A stretch of DNA of 64,000 nucleotides from Bacteroidales bacterium (GCA_045600905.1 JAZRYT010000179.1:777-64776), one strand, 5' to 3'. Positions 37,823-47,931 are shown, counted from the first letter of the stretch. Notes: generated by a model not told the origin, from the sequence alone. Program-made: numbers and translations.

Positions 37823-39370
37823 ATGAAAAGCTTTAAGAAATTACAAATCGGAATTCCGACAGTTCTATTATTGTTGTTTATCCAATGCTCATTTTTACAG
37901 GCACAAACAGTTATTTACCAAGAAAATTGCGGAACGCCTAGCGCCAACACCTTGATTCAAAACTATCACGGATGGCAAGACACCAGCGTTTCATACTATG
38001 GGAACGGAACTTGTGATGTGCGCACCTCATCCGCATCCACCGGCTACGGCCAAGCTTCGGGCGGAGGGAACATCATGATAAACGATTCTCTAAAATGGTT
38101 CCTGATATCAAGAATCAACACATCAGCATTCTCGGATGTCAGACTATATTGCGGATTACGGAAGACGACAGCTGAAAACGGCAGCAACTTTGTGGTGGAG
38201 GCATCCACGGACAGTACAAGTTGGACCCGTCTTCAAATGGCGGACTCTCTGCCCACAGGCACAGGCACATCCGGCTGGTTCAGAGTGCAATACCCTTCCG
38301 TACCGACCTGCTCAACCCTATTCATCCGTTTTTCAAATCTTGCCAACGTCGATTACCGTCTAGATGACATCACGCTCGTTTCTGGTGAAGAAACGCAACT
38401 TGAGACAGTTGCCAAACCGACGTTCACACCGGGAGGCGGCACATACTACGAGCCGCAGACCGTAACCATTTCATCTACAACGGAAAATGTCCATATCTAT
38501 TTCACACTTGACGGGACCACACCGACCGAAACCTCAAACAGCTATCTCGGTCCCATAACCATCAACAACAGCGTAACCCTCAAAGCCATAGCGTTGCGTT
38601 CCGGCATGTATGACAGCGATGTGGCCAGTGCATCATACGTTGTATTGGACACAAATGCCCTTTTGGAACTTCCCTTCGACATCAGCACCAACAGTGACAA
38701 TGAGCATTTGGACATCTGTCAAATTCCCGGATTCAGGGGATTTCATCTGGGCAGCTCATACGCTGACGGTTCCGTGAAATTCGAGGCTTCGCAAGCCACC
38801 AAAGCAATGCTTGTCGCCCACTTGGACAGTTCGCCCGACCGTCTCATTTTCGAATTAAAAGGCAAGAATGGCGGTTCCAATCCGGCTGCCTACGAAGGAA
38901 TAGAAATGCTTGTCAGCGAATCCAGCGACAACCAGCATTGGCACGATCTGGCCATTATCTCAGAAAACGAAATAGCGACAGAGAACTTTGTGAGATTTTC
39001 TAATTTCAGGCTCCAATCCGACACCAGATTCATCCGATGGAAGCTCCTGTCCGCCACAAAAGGCAACACACAGTTGAACAACATCGCAATCACTAAAAAG
39101 ACTGAATCTGAAGAAGATAGCACGCCCGTCGCAAATCATATTTGGCAAAATCTACGGATATTTCCGAACCCTATGAACGACATCATCTATCTCGATTTTC
39201 CAGAGCAGACAATCCTCACTATAACATTGTACAGCATCGAAGGCCGAAAATTGACCCAATTGTCTGGTCATAGAGACCATATTTCTTTAACCGATATGCC
39301 TGACGGCATCTACATTTTGGAAATTCAAACTTCTAAAGGATTATTGAGGGAAAAAATCATCAAACAATAG
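37823..39370 (+). CDS. T9SS type A cargo protein with a chitobiase/beta-hexosaminidase C-terminal-like (CHB_HEX_C) domain
   Basis: Signal peptide; FTPGGGTYYEPQTVTISS...IYFTLDGTTPT..S..Y.GPITI...TLKAIA pattern; C-terminus IFPNPMNDIIYLDF...GIYILEIQTSKGLLREKIIKQ. Confidence 0.75.
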   Translation: MKSFKKLQIGIPTVLLLLFIQCSFLQAQTVIYQENCGTPSANTLIQNYHGWQDTSVSYYGNGTCDVRTSSASTGYGQASGGGNIMINDSLKWFLISRINTSAFSDVRLYCGLRKTTAENGSNFVVEASTDSTSWTRLQMADSLPTGTGTSGWFRVQYPSVPTCSTLFIRFSNLANVDYRLDDITLVSGEETQLETVAKPTFTPGGGTYYEPQTVTISSTTENVHIYFTLDGTTPTETSNSYLGPITINNSVTLKAIALRSGMYDSDVASASYVVLDTNALLELPFDISTNSDNEHLDICQIPGFRGFHLGSSYADGSVKFEASQATKAMLVAHLDSSPDRLIFELKGKNGGSNPAAYEGIEMLVSESSDNQHWHDLAIISENEIATENFVRFSNFRLQSDTRFIRWKLLSATKGNTQLNNIAITKKTESEEDSTPVANHIWQNLRIFPNPMNDIIYLDFPEQTILTITLYSIEGRKLTQLSGHRDHISLTDMPDGIYILEIQTSKGLLREKIIKQ

Positions 39371-39553
39371 TTCTCAACCACGATAGGGACCGATTATGGA
39401 CACATTTGTCCGCCAGCCCTATCATTCTTCTTGATCGAATCATCTCAAAGTAGGCTGATATATTTCACCTCACCTACTAAATCGGGTATCTGGGGATTGC
39501 CTCACAAAGAGAAAGAAATTTGAGGCAATCGCCAGACAACCGATTATTTTGTG

Positions 39554-39561
39554 TATGTTTG
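39554..39561 (+). promoter_or_regulatory. -7 box TATGTTTG
   Basis: 23 nt upstream of the ATG at 39584. The context GTGTATGTTTGCGC is identical to the eno box. Confidence 0.5.
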
Positions 39562-39583
39562 CGCTCTTTTTAAAAAGGCATTT

Positions 39584-40246
39584 ATGAAACTCAAGTATTT
39601 ATTTTACAGTCTATTAGCATTAATCCTAACCTCTTGTACGAAAACTGAGACGAACTATTATCCAGATGGAAACATTCAATCCTCCATCCAATATCGTTTT
39701 GGTAAAGAAAATGGCATAGCCAAATATTACTACGATATTCCCAACACACTTGAAATCGAGATGGAGATGAAACAAGGAAAGAGGAACGGGGAATTCCGCC
39801 GTTATTATAAGAATGGCTTATTGGACACCTATTGCACATACGTGAACGATTCCATCGAAGGTGTAGAAATCAACTACACTGCCAACGGCGCCAAAGCCCA
39901 AGAATTCACATACGTGCACGGAGTGAAAAACGGTCCGCACAAAGCCTATCATCTGTCTGGAGACATCAAAATAGAAGGCGGTTTTAAAAACGACCTATTC
40001 GATGGTGACTGGGCATATTATGATGAACGCGGTGTTGTAGTTGGTGAAGGTTCCTTCAAAGAAGGGAACGGCAGCGTAATGTTTTATGACAAAAGAGGCT
40101 TGCCTTTACGAGTCACCCATTACGTCCATAACAAGAAAGACGGCAAAGAAGAATACTACACTTCCTCTGGAGCAGTTGTGAAAGAGATTGTATATAAGCA
40201 AGACCGAATCATCTCTGAAAAGACGGATTCTTCCTTGGTGCGATAA
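39584..40246 (+). CDS. MORN/YwqK-type repeat lipoprotein
   Basis: The ATG at 39584 gives MKLKYLFYSLLALILTSC (lipobox). It has repeats of G.....Y..NG.L. A TATGTTTG box lies at 39554. Confidence 0.65.
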   Translation: MKLKYLFYSLLALILTSCTKTETNYYPDGNIQSSIQYRFGKENGIAKYYYDIPNTLEIEMEMKQGKRNGEFRRYYKNGLLDTYCTYVNDSIEGVEINYTANGAKAQEFTYVHGVKNGPHKAYHLSGDIKIEGGFKNDLFDGDWAYYDERGVVVGEGSFKEGNGSVMFYDKRGLPLRVTHYVHNKKDGKEEYYTSSGAVVKEIVYKQDRIISEKTDSSLVR

Positions 40247-40249
40247 CCT

Positions 40250-41776
40250 ATGAGAAAGTTTTTGATTCTTCTATCCATCCTTGCGCTCTCACAATCATTA
40301 CTAGCCCAAGGGGACCGTAAAATCAAATATCGGGCAGATATGGGATTTTACGATGAAGAATTCATACCCGGAGCTCAACGACTTGTCGGACATGTCGCTT
40401 TTGCGCAGGGGAACGTGCGTGGGTACTGCGATAGCGCTTATCTTTATGAGGATGAGAATTACATCATTGCATTTGGTGACAAAGTTAAAATTTTAGTAGG
40501 AGATTCTGTACGCATATACGGCCGGCGCGCATATTACGATGGGAATGACAAAATCGCCTCTATTGCCGTCAACGTTCGTTTGGAAAAAGGCAAAGGCTAT
40601 CTTCTCTCTGACAGTTTGATTTATGACACCAGACAAGACATCGGCTATTATGTCACTGGAGGAAAATTAGTCAACGAAGAAGACACGATGACTAGTTTGG
40701 AAGGTGTTTATTACACCAAAACGGACGATGCCATTGCCAAAGTCAATGTGCTTTTATGGAACAAAGATTACCGTATTGATTGTGAAGCCCTCAAATACAA
40801 CCTCGCGAGCAACACAGCATATTTCATTTCCAGGACTCATTTGAAATCCACAGACAAGGAGTTCTTCACATCTTCCGGATGGTACAACACAGACTACGAA
40901 ATCGCGACATTGGCCCAAGATGTCCAACTTTACAATGAAGCCAAAACACTTTTCGCAGACAGTGTCTATTACGACAGCGAGGCCGAGTACGGCATTGCCT
41001 GGAACAACGCGACTTTAATTGATACTGCCCAAGATTTTATTTTGAAAGGAAACTACATAGAATATCACGCGAAAGGAGGGGTTTCCATTGCCACAGACAA
41101 CAATCTCTTGATTCTCATTGACGAGAACCGAGATTCTCTGTTTCTGCATTCCGACACTTTGAAACTATACATTGACGACGAAGAAGAGATGCAATGGGCA
41201 CGGGCTTACAACAAGGTGAAGTTTTTCAGAAATGACATGCAAGGCGTCTGCGATTCCATGTCTCTGAATCGTGCCGATTCCACCCTGTATATGTATTACA
41301 ATCCCGTAATCTGGTCGGAAGACTATCAACTTTCAGGAGACACCATCAAATACACGGCACTTGACTCTGTCAATTCCCAAATAGAGCTTATCAAATCAGG
41401 ATTTATTGTTGGCAGCCTATACGAAGAAAGCGATTTCAACCAAATAAAGGGAGTTAACATCACGGGGTATCTGAAAGACAGAGAGCTTTATCGTGTGGAT
41501 GTAATCAGCAACGCGGAATGTGTATATTATCTTCAAGAGGAGGACAGTTCGCTTATCGGCATCAACACATCCCTAACCAGCGAGATGCGAGTTTTTCTCA
41601 AGAAGAACGAAATTCAACAAATACGATTTTATGATGCTCCGGACGGGACCGTATATCCCGACGACAAGTTCGAGGAGAAAGACAGAAAGCTCCAAGATTT
41701 CAGATGGATTCCGCAATACAGGCCCCGCACCATCGAAGACCTATACATCAATCCTATCCCACGAATAAAAGAATAG
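40250..41776 (+). CDS. OstA-like (LptA/LptD N-terminal-like) repeat protein
   Basis: Signal peptide MRKFLILLSILALSQSLLAQ. Repeated beta-jellyroll-like segments resemble Bacteroidales proteins annotated as OstA-like (from memory). The start is 4 nt after the upstream stop. Confidence 0.5.
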   Translation: MRKFLILLSILALSQSLLAQGDRKIKYRADMGFYDEEFIPGAQRLVGHVAFAQGNVRGYCDSAYLYEDENYIIAFGDKVKILVGDSVRIYGRRAYYDGNDKIASIAVNVRLEKGKGYLLSDSLIYDTRQDIGYYVTGGKLVNEEDTMTSLEGVYYTKTDDAIAKVNVLLWNKDYRIDCEALKYNLASNTAYFISRTHLKSTDKEFFTSSGWYNTDYEIATLAQDVQLYNEAKTLFADSVYYDSEAEYGIAWNNATLIDTAQDFILKGNYIEYHAKGGVSIATDNNLLILIDENRDSLFLHSDTLKLYIDDEEEMQWARAYNKVKFFRNDMQGVCDSMSLNRADSTLYMYYNPVIWSEDYQLSGDTIKYTALDSVNSQIELIKSGFIVGSLYEESDFNQIKGVNITGYLKDRELYRVDVISNAECVYYLQEEDSSLIGINTSLTSEMRVFLKKNEIQQIRFYDAPDGTVYPDDKFEEKDRKLQDFRWIPQYRPRTIEDLYINPIPRIKE

Positions 41777-41792
41777 CCCTTATACATAATGA

Positions 41793-41818
41793 AAGAGGCG
41801 CGGCACGCCACGCCTCTT
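41793..41818. terminator. Possible hairpin terminator between convergent genes
   Basis: AAGAGGCG-(10 nt)-CGCCTCTT. There is no clear U-run. Confidence 0.35.
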
Positions 41819-41882
41819 CCCTACTTATGGAAATTAAATACTCACCAACTCGCGCCAACGCAAGTTGGAAAAAGTTATCGGC

Positions 41883-44800
41883 TCATTCTTTGACCAACTT
41901 TCCAGTCCAAAGAATTCTTTCTTCAGCACAAACTCGGACGACATATAATCCTTGGGGGCAATCATCCAACCGAATCTCACCATTGCGACTTAGCGGTTGT
42001 TGTTTGATCAATCGACCATTTACATCATACAAAAGGGCCGTCAACTGCACCTCGTCCCCTATTGGAGTAATATCGTCTCCTGTTATTGTGAATTTTGCCG
42101 TTGCCGGGTTGGGAGTCAGCTTGAAAATTCCCCTTTGGAACAAGGGTATGCCAAGATACACAATCCCATCAGAATATGCAGCTTCAGAAACAAGTCCAGC
42201 ATTATCTTTTGCATTAACTTTAACCATCACACGACAAGGACAAATCATTTTTTGCGTTTTTCTAAAACTTGTGTTCGGATAGTCAACATGTCCGGAAACA
42301 ACCATAGGGAGAAATCCATCTTCTTTAATAGTAATATCATATAGGTAAGAAGCAACTCCAGATTCCCCATCCTCTGAAGCATTCCACGATGCAGAAACCA
42401 CATTTGACACTTTGACGGTGTCTGCATCTGCATCCAGTCCGTCTAACACATTTGTAGGACAAGTAGGAGGTGTATAATCTACTTTTATCGTCTTCTCGAC
42501 TAACGGTGAAAACTTATCCGCACAATCCATTACAATGGATTTAATTTTACAATTCGCGTTCCCGTTTCTAGCCTGTGTCCGAATCAAAGACATCTGAGCT
42601 GTTCCAACCGTCAGCGGAAGAATCTCCGATCTAATTATATAGGAGCGCACATTATCAATCGTTACCATAGTACTATGTGTTGTAAAACCGATGTAGTTTC
42701 CTGTGGATGGCAACGTGTTTCCGTAATCAATTACAGATGCCAGCAAAGACGCATGACGAAACACCTTGACACTTCGTGTTTGTCTATCCCAACAGATTCG
42801 ATATAAATACTGCTGACCCAACGTATAATACACTCCTGTTTGTTTCAACAACAAAGTCGAAGCACCGTTTACGATTTTATAAATGCTAATTGAATGATTC
42901 AGTCTGTCAAATTCAACCTCAAACCCGCAATAGGAGTTAGACGTAATGGATGACGAATTGGCATTGAAAAAGAACGAGCATCTACTACCGGCATCCATTG
43001 ACAAATAAAAATCGAACAAATAGGAAGAGGAGACATTCCCATTACAATGGGCGGCGATACTGGCTGTCGTCACATCTACATTTCTTTGTCTAAGAGTGCC
43101 ATTCTCCACAAACCAATTTCCATCATTATTCCACAAAGAAGCATCCAGAGAATGATCAAAATTATCACATATCTCCCCTTTGTCGGAATCAGCAGACCAT
43201 TCTGAATTCTGTCTTTCTATGATTTGATAGAATCGGTATTTGACTGCCACATCATCCGTATCTTGGAAATGCAAATCAATATTTTCCGTCAGCCACTCAT
43301 TCTCATTCCAGCAAATCTGCGTTTGCGGATTTTCCAAATCTTGGACTTGGGACATAGACGAAGCCGCACACCACCGTGCAAGCCAGCCACGTCTTGTTCC
43401 GGCGCAATCCGAGCGAAACTCCAGCAGGACATCCTCTCCATAAGCCACCACCCTACCCGGGCTCTGGGTGTTCCATCTCCCGATCAAAGGAGAGAACGGA
43501 TCAGGACCATTATAGATCCACAAAAAATCATAATCCGCCTCCAAATCAAAATCCGAAAATTCCAGTACAATGCTGTCCGCATTATCTACATGAAGCCATA
43601 TCAATCGTCGTTCATCATTTGAATAGTCGCCCGTTTCCCCTCCAGAATCTGTGATAACGCCACAGCTATCGGTATGAGTTTCATTAATCGTAGTTGTATT
43701 GATCAATTTATAATAATAATTCCAATTCCAGTACGGTCCGGGATCCGTATGAGTTTGGGACGGGTAATGCTGATGACCACGGATTTGCGGACAGGCAGAC
43801 GAGCCGCCCAAATTATGGACACCATTATTTAAGACAGAGCCATTATCAAGGGTGTCGCGATAAAACATACGTGTCGAATGAATATTGGGCCTTCTCCGAC
43901 AAATATCACGTACGAGATTGGCGGATGCCTGATACATCACAGGGGTGAAATAGCTATAGACATTGCCGTAAGCCTCGTGTTCGATGCCAATCGTATAGCC
44001 ATTTTCATTTCCCACGTGCCAAGCCCTGTCGGCCTCCGAAACCATTTGCGTTATTTGCCCATCCATCGAGCGAATCACATAGTGTGCCGAGGCGCTTGCC
44101 TGACAATTCTGAAACCAGGCTATAGAACCGGCATACGTTCCTGATGTATAATGGACAACCACGTTAGAGGGCGTCAAACTCCGACCCCGTGCATAGTTAC
44201 ACGAAGCCGCCGGGCACCAGAGAGCCCCCGTGTAATCAGATTCCACGCTTCGCGCCGATTTGTCTTCTTCCCCAACCGTTATAGTCATAGCGGATTTTCG
44301 CAAAATCGACAAATTCGGTCCAAACAGCCGTGTGAAATCCACTTGGGCTCCCATTGAACCCAAACACAACTTGCTTGAATCCGACAAAAAACTATATATT
44401 GCATATATCGAACTACACAAAGGATACAAATTCATTGAATCCTTCAAATCAAACGTAGAGAAATCCAAATTCCAACTCATACTGTTCGGGCAAGGTAATT
44501 CTGACAAAGCGACAAAAATCGGACAATACTTTTCCAAATCTTCGCCATAACAACCATACATTTGCTGCAACTTCGAGAATGCCGACGCATACGCCAGAAT
44601 CGCACACCTGTCATCAAGGATCAAACTACTCAATGGAAAAACAGACATAGAACTTACTAACCTAAGGTTCTCACGAAAAACGCCCTTCCCGTTTAACGTG
44701 AGTCCCATAACACTATACGTGCGAGGAATAGACAAAGTGTTTGATTCCAGCGTATCCGAAGACATCTGAGCAAAACGTGTATATGTATAGGAAACTGCCT

Positions 44801-45032
44801 CCAAAACACCTCGCGGGATGGAGGTGTACCGCCTATATGCCTCTTCAAAATAAGGTTTGACCTTATTATAATCATTCATCAAATGCTTTTGGATAGATTG
44901 CTCCATTGCACTTGCCTGACTGACTTCATTATTGGATTTAGGAGGAAGAACTTGAGCTTGGACTATAGTCAGCTCAACAAACAACATTACAGTTGTAAAG
45001 CAGTACTTGAGTAGATGTTTAACAGTATTCAT
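41883..45032 (-). CDS. T9SS type A cargo: N-acetylmuramoyl-L-alanine amidase (Amidase_2/PGRP) + CUB-like + LamG/concanavalin-like domains
   Basis: Amidase_2 pattern SAHYVIRS.DGQITQMV...RAWHVGNENGYTIGIEHE. CUB-like G.ITDSGGETGDYSN...DFLWIYNGPD...LIGRW. C-terminus LTPNPATAKFTI...GLYVVRVCAEERILWTGKLVKE. Confidence 0.75.
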   Translation of the reverse strand: MNTVKHLLKYCFTTVMLFVELTIVQAQVLPPKSNNEVSQASAMEQSIQKHLMNDYNKVKPYFEEAYRRYTSIPRGVLEAVSYTYTRFAQMSSDTLESNTLSIPRTYSVMGLTLNGKGVFRENLRLVSSMSVFPLSSLILDDRCAILAYASAFSKLQQMYGCYGEDLEKYCPIFVALSELPCPNSMSWNLDFSTFDLKDSMNLYPLCSSIYAIYSFLSDSSKLCLGSMGAQVDFTRLFGPNLSILRKSAMTITVGEEDKSARSVESDYTGALWCPAASCNYARGRSLTPSNVVVHYTSGTYAGSIAWFQNCQASASAHYVIRSMDGQITQMVSEADRAWHVGNENGYTIGIEHEAYGNVYSYFTPVMYQASANLVRDICRRRPNIHSTRMFYRDTLDNGSVLNNGVHNLGGSSACPQIRGHQHYPSQTHTDPGPYWNWNYYYKLINTTTINETHTDSCGVITDSGGETGDYSNDERRLIWLHVDNADSIVLEFSDFDLEADYDFLWIYNGPDPFSPLIGRWNTQSPGRVVAYGEDVLLEFRSDCAGTRRGWLARWCAASSMSQVQDLENPQTQICWNENEWLTENIDLHFQDTDDVAVKYRFYQIIERQNSEWSADSDKGEICDNFDHSLDASLWNNDGNWFVENGTLRQRNVDVTTASIAAHCNGNVSSSYLFDFYLSMDAGSRCSFFFNANSSSITSNSYCGFEVEFDRLNHSISIYKIVNGASTLLLKQTGVYYTLGQQYLYRICWDRQTRSVKVFRHASLLASVIDYGNTLPSTGNYIGFTTHSTMVTIDNVRSYIIRSEILPLTVGTAQMSLIRTQARNGNANCKIKSIVMDCADKFSPLVEKTIKVDYTPPTCPTNVLDGLDADADTVKVSNVVSASWNASEDGESGVASYLYDITIKEDGFLPMVVSGHVDYPNTSFRKTQKMICPCRVMVKVNAKDNAGLVSEAAYSDGIVYLGIPLFQRGIFKLTPNPATAKFTITGDDITPIGDEVQLTALLYDVNGRLIKQQPLSRNGEIRLDDCPQGLYVVRVCAEERILWTGKLVKE

Positions 45033-45061
45033 TGCCGAGAATTATTAAATGTTTGTCGCGG

Positions 45062-45069
45062 CAAAAATA
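45062..45069 (-). promoter_or_regulatory. -7 box TATTTTTG upstream of the amidase cargo gene
   Basis: 30 nt upstream of the ATG at 45032. Confidence 0.5.
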
Positions 45070-45177
45070 CTATGCTAAAAAAGTTTTGTCAAGAGTTTTC
45101 TACATTATTATGAATTATTAATACTGTCAACATAAAACATAACAACGCAAACACTTTATTATCAACAAATAAAATAC

Positions 45178-45228
45178 ATTTGTTAATTTTATTTGTTAAA
45201 TTCAAAATTAACAATATTTGTTAATTTT
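45178..45228. repeat. Cluster of ATTTGTTAA(T/A)TT motifs: three direct copies and one inverted copy
   Basis: Direct copies at 45178-45190, 45191-45202 and 45216-45228. AAAATTAACAA (45204-45214) and TTGTTAATTTT (45218-45228) form a perfect 11-bp inverted repeat with a 3-nt spacer. Confidence 0.8.
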
Positions 45229-45255
45229 CCAGACAAATGATGGTTTAAGACTCTA

Positions 45256-46986
45256 TTACTCGCCTTCATTTTCCTTAGCATTTAAGTTCTCCACAAAGGT
45301 ATTTTGCAAGAAAGAGAAACTTTTCAGAGAATGACTGGAAAAAGCGATAAAGACAACCAGAGCGGTGGCAATCAGGAAGACCACCCATTTGGTATATTTG
45401 TAGTATGTAACCAATATGGAGCCGACAAAGAATGCGGCCACACCGAATCGAATCAGCGTCCAAACCGTGATAACCAGCACATTACCTTTGCTTTTTTTGG
45501 CCATATCCGAATACAATTGTCTGGTCTTATGGCTATTACGGACAATGCCCACCAAAAACGGGGAGACGAGCAACAGACACAGTACCGTACTAAGCATATT
45601 TAAAAGCCCTTTAGGCATAGTTTTCACGAAATCGAAACCTTTCAAAAATGGGATGAAGTGGTCGCAGAGGACAGCCAGCAAAGCAAAACTCAGCACGCTG
45701 AAGATTAGTACACGAGGCAATGTATCCACAATAATGCTTCGCCAATTCTTATTTCCGCGCTGTTTTCCTAATAGAGAATAGCTATCCATTCGAGCCTTAG
45801 TAGCTGGAGACAACCTTTTGAACATAAAGGCATACGCAGGTGTGGCTGCCTTTATCCAATATGGTGTGGTGAATGTCGTTATCACGGAAGCGGCTATCAC
45901 CACCGGATAGATATGTTTGGGCATCACACCCAAAGTAACACCAACAGAGGCGATAATGAAAGCAAATTCTCCGACTTGAGACAAGGTAAAGCCCGTTTTA
46001 ATGGACTCTTCCAACGAAGCACCGGCCACCAAAGCAGACAAAGTGGAAACCAACGCCTTTATCACCAAAGTTATTATCACTAAAGACAGAATCAACTTCC
46101 AGTATTGCACCAGAATCTGGGGGTCAATCATCATACCCACAGACACAAAGAAGATGGCACCGAAAAGGTCTTTAATACTTTTTGTCAAATCTATAATTCT
46201 TTCATTCTCAATAGTTTCAGACAGAATAGAGCCTATCACGAAAGCGCCCAATGCAGAAGAGAAGCCCACATTATTGGCAATCACCACCATACCGAAGCAA
46301 AGTCCTATCGAAATAATCAAAAGGGTCTCATCATTGATATACTTCTTGAATTTCTTAAAAAATGAGGGTATCACAAAGATTCCGACCACAAACCAAAGAA
46401 TCAAGAAGAAGAGCAACTTAATGATGCTGAATAGCATTTCCTTCCCAGCGGCCTGTTGGCTGGCCGAAGCGGTTGAAAGCAGCACCATCATAACCACCGC
46501 CACAATATCCTGAATGATAAGAACAACCATCGTCAAATCGACAAAGGGTTCGTTTTTAAGCTTCATATCCTCGAAAGCCTTGATGATAATGGTGGTTGAG
46601 GACATCGCCAGCATACCGCCCAAGAAGATGCTTTCCATCGTTTTCCAACCCATCACATAACCCAACACCATTCCGACACCAATCATCGACAAGATGCCCA
46701 GTAAAGCTGTCACAAAGGCCTTGCTGCCGACACTGAACAGTTTTTTAAAGCTGAATTCCAGGCCTAATCCGAAGAGCAGGAAGATTATACCTATTTCGGA
46801 CCAGACCTCCACTTCTGCGACATCCGTCACTGTTGGAAAAATATGCAGATGGGGGCCGACTATGAAGCCTGCCACGATATAGCCCAGCACCAAAGGTTGT
46901 TTCAACAATTTAAAGATAATGGTAACGATGCCTGCAGATACCAGGATAAGCGCGAGATCGGAAACGAGTTTTAAATTTTCAGCCAT
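45256..46986 (-). CDS. Cation:proton antiporter (CPA2/Kef-type Na+/H+ exchanger family)
   Basis: 576-aa polytopic protein. The N-terminus DLALILVSAGIVTIIFKLLKQPLVLGYIVAGFIVGP is typical of CPA2. Confidence 0.8.
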   Translation of the reverse strand: MAENLKLVSDLALILVSAGIVTIIFKLLKQPLVLGYIVAGFIVGPHLHIFPTVTDVAEVEVWSEIGIIFLLFGLGLEFSFKKLFSVGSKAFVTALLGILSMIGVGMVLGYVMGWKTMESIFLGGMLAMSSTTIIIKAFEDMKLKNEPFVDLTMVVLIIQDIVAVVMMVLLSTASASQQAAGKEMLFSIIKLLFFLILWFVVGIFVIPSFFKKFKKYINDETLLIISIGLCFGMVVIANNVGFSSALGAFVIGSILSETIENERIIDLTKSIKDLFGAIFFVSVGMMIDPQILVQYWKLILSLVIITLVIKALVSTLSALVAGASLEESIKTGFTLSQVGEFAFIIASVGVTLGVMPKHIYPVVIAASVITTFTTPYWIKAATPAYAFMFKRLSPATKARMDSYSLLGKQRGNKNWRSIIVDTLPRVLIFSVLSFALLAVLCDHFIPFLKGFDFVKTMPKGLLNMLSTVLCLLLVSPFLVGIVRNSHKTRQLYSDMAKKSKGNVLVITVWTLIRFGVAAFFVGSILVTYYKYTKWVVFLIATALVVFIAFSSHSLKSFSFLQNTFVENLNAKENEGE

Positions 46987-47017
46987 ATTTTTCTATTTCA
47001 GGGCAACACATTTTGAA

Positions 47018-47824
47018 TCAATATGTAAGCGTGATTTCGCCAACGTATTTGCCTTTATTCGTCATTTGGCAGATACGTGTTTTTCCAATGACGACAGGTT
47101 CGGACAATTCCTTATGGGAATGTCCGCCAATGATAACATCAATATCAGGGACTTCCTTCGCCACCACAAAATCATTCACCATATTTTCGTCAATTCCCAA
47201 ATGGGAAAGGCACACAATTAAATCACAGCCCAAGGTTTTAAGCTCTGCGACTTCGTTTCTCGCACTTGCAACGGGGTCAAGGTATGTCAAATCCCGATAC
47301 GTGGAAGGAAACACCAGCGTTCGCAAATCGACTGTCAGTCCGAACACGCCGATTTTCAGGCCATTTCTTTCCAACACAATATGTTTTTTCACCACTTTGC
47401 TCAAAGCCTTGTTATGGAAAATGTAATTGGCGCAGACCACATCGAAGGTAGCTTTTTTCAGCAGTTTGGCCAATGCGGCGGAACCGTTGTCGAACTCGTG
47501 ATTACCCAGTGTAATAGCATCATAGCCCATCGCGTTCATCATCTTGACCTCCGTATAACCTTTAAAGAAATTGTAATACGGGGAGCCTTGAGAGAAATCG
47601 CCCGCATCGAACAGAAGTAGGTTTGGATGTTGTGTTCTGATTTCGCGCACGAGGGCTTCTCTTCGCAAAAAGCCACCGACATTCGTATCTGCCTTATATG
47701 TGTAAGGTTCTATTTGGCTATGTGTATCATTGGTATGTAGAATCACCAATTCGTGTTCTTGTGCAAAGGCGAACGTGAAGCAAAAAAGCGTACAAAAAAG
47801 TGCAACAGATAGTTTTTTAATCAT
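47018..47824 (-). CDS. Metallophosphatase (5'-nucleotidase N-terminal-type domain), secreted
   Basis: Signal peptide; ILHTNDTHS, GDFSQGSP, GNHEFD and GGHSH metallophosphoesterase motifs. No 5'-nucleotidase C-terminal-domain gene is adjacent. Confidence 0.75.
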   Translation of the reverse strand: MIKKLSVALFCTLFCFTFAFAQEHELVILHTNDTHSQIEPYTYKADTNVGGFLRREALVREIRTQHPNLLLFDAGDFSQGSPYYNFFKGYTEVKMMNAMGYDAITLGNHEFDNGSAALAKLLKKATFDVVCANYIFHNKALSKVVKKHIVLERNGLKIGVFGLTVDLRTLVFPSTYRDLTYLDPVASARNEVAELKTLGCDLIVCLSHLGIDENMVNDFVVAKEVPDIDVIIGGHSHKELSEPVVIGKTRICQMTNKGKYVGEITLTY

Positions 47825-47841
47825 AGGATAATGTTTGGGCG

Positions 47842-47849
47842 CAAATATA
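47842..47849 (-). promoter_or_regulatory. -7 box TATATTTG upstream of the metallophosphatase gene
   Basis: 18 nt upstream of the ATG at 47824. Confidence 0.45.
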
Positions 47850-47931
47850 CATCAAAATTCCAATTGTAATTTTCTTATGTAGAAAAACATTGAACAATAA
47901 AACGGTAATAAATATGTAGAGAACAAGGCAC

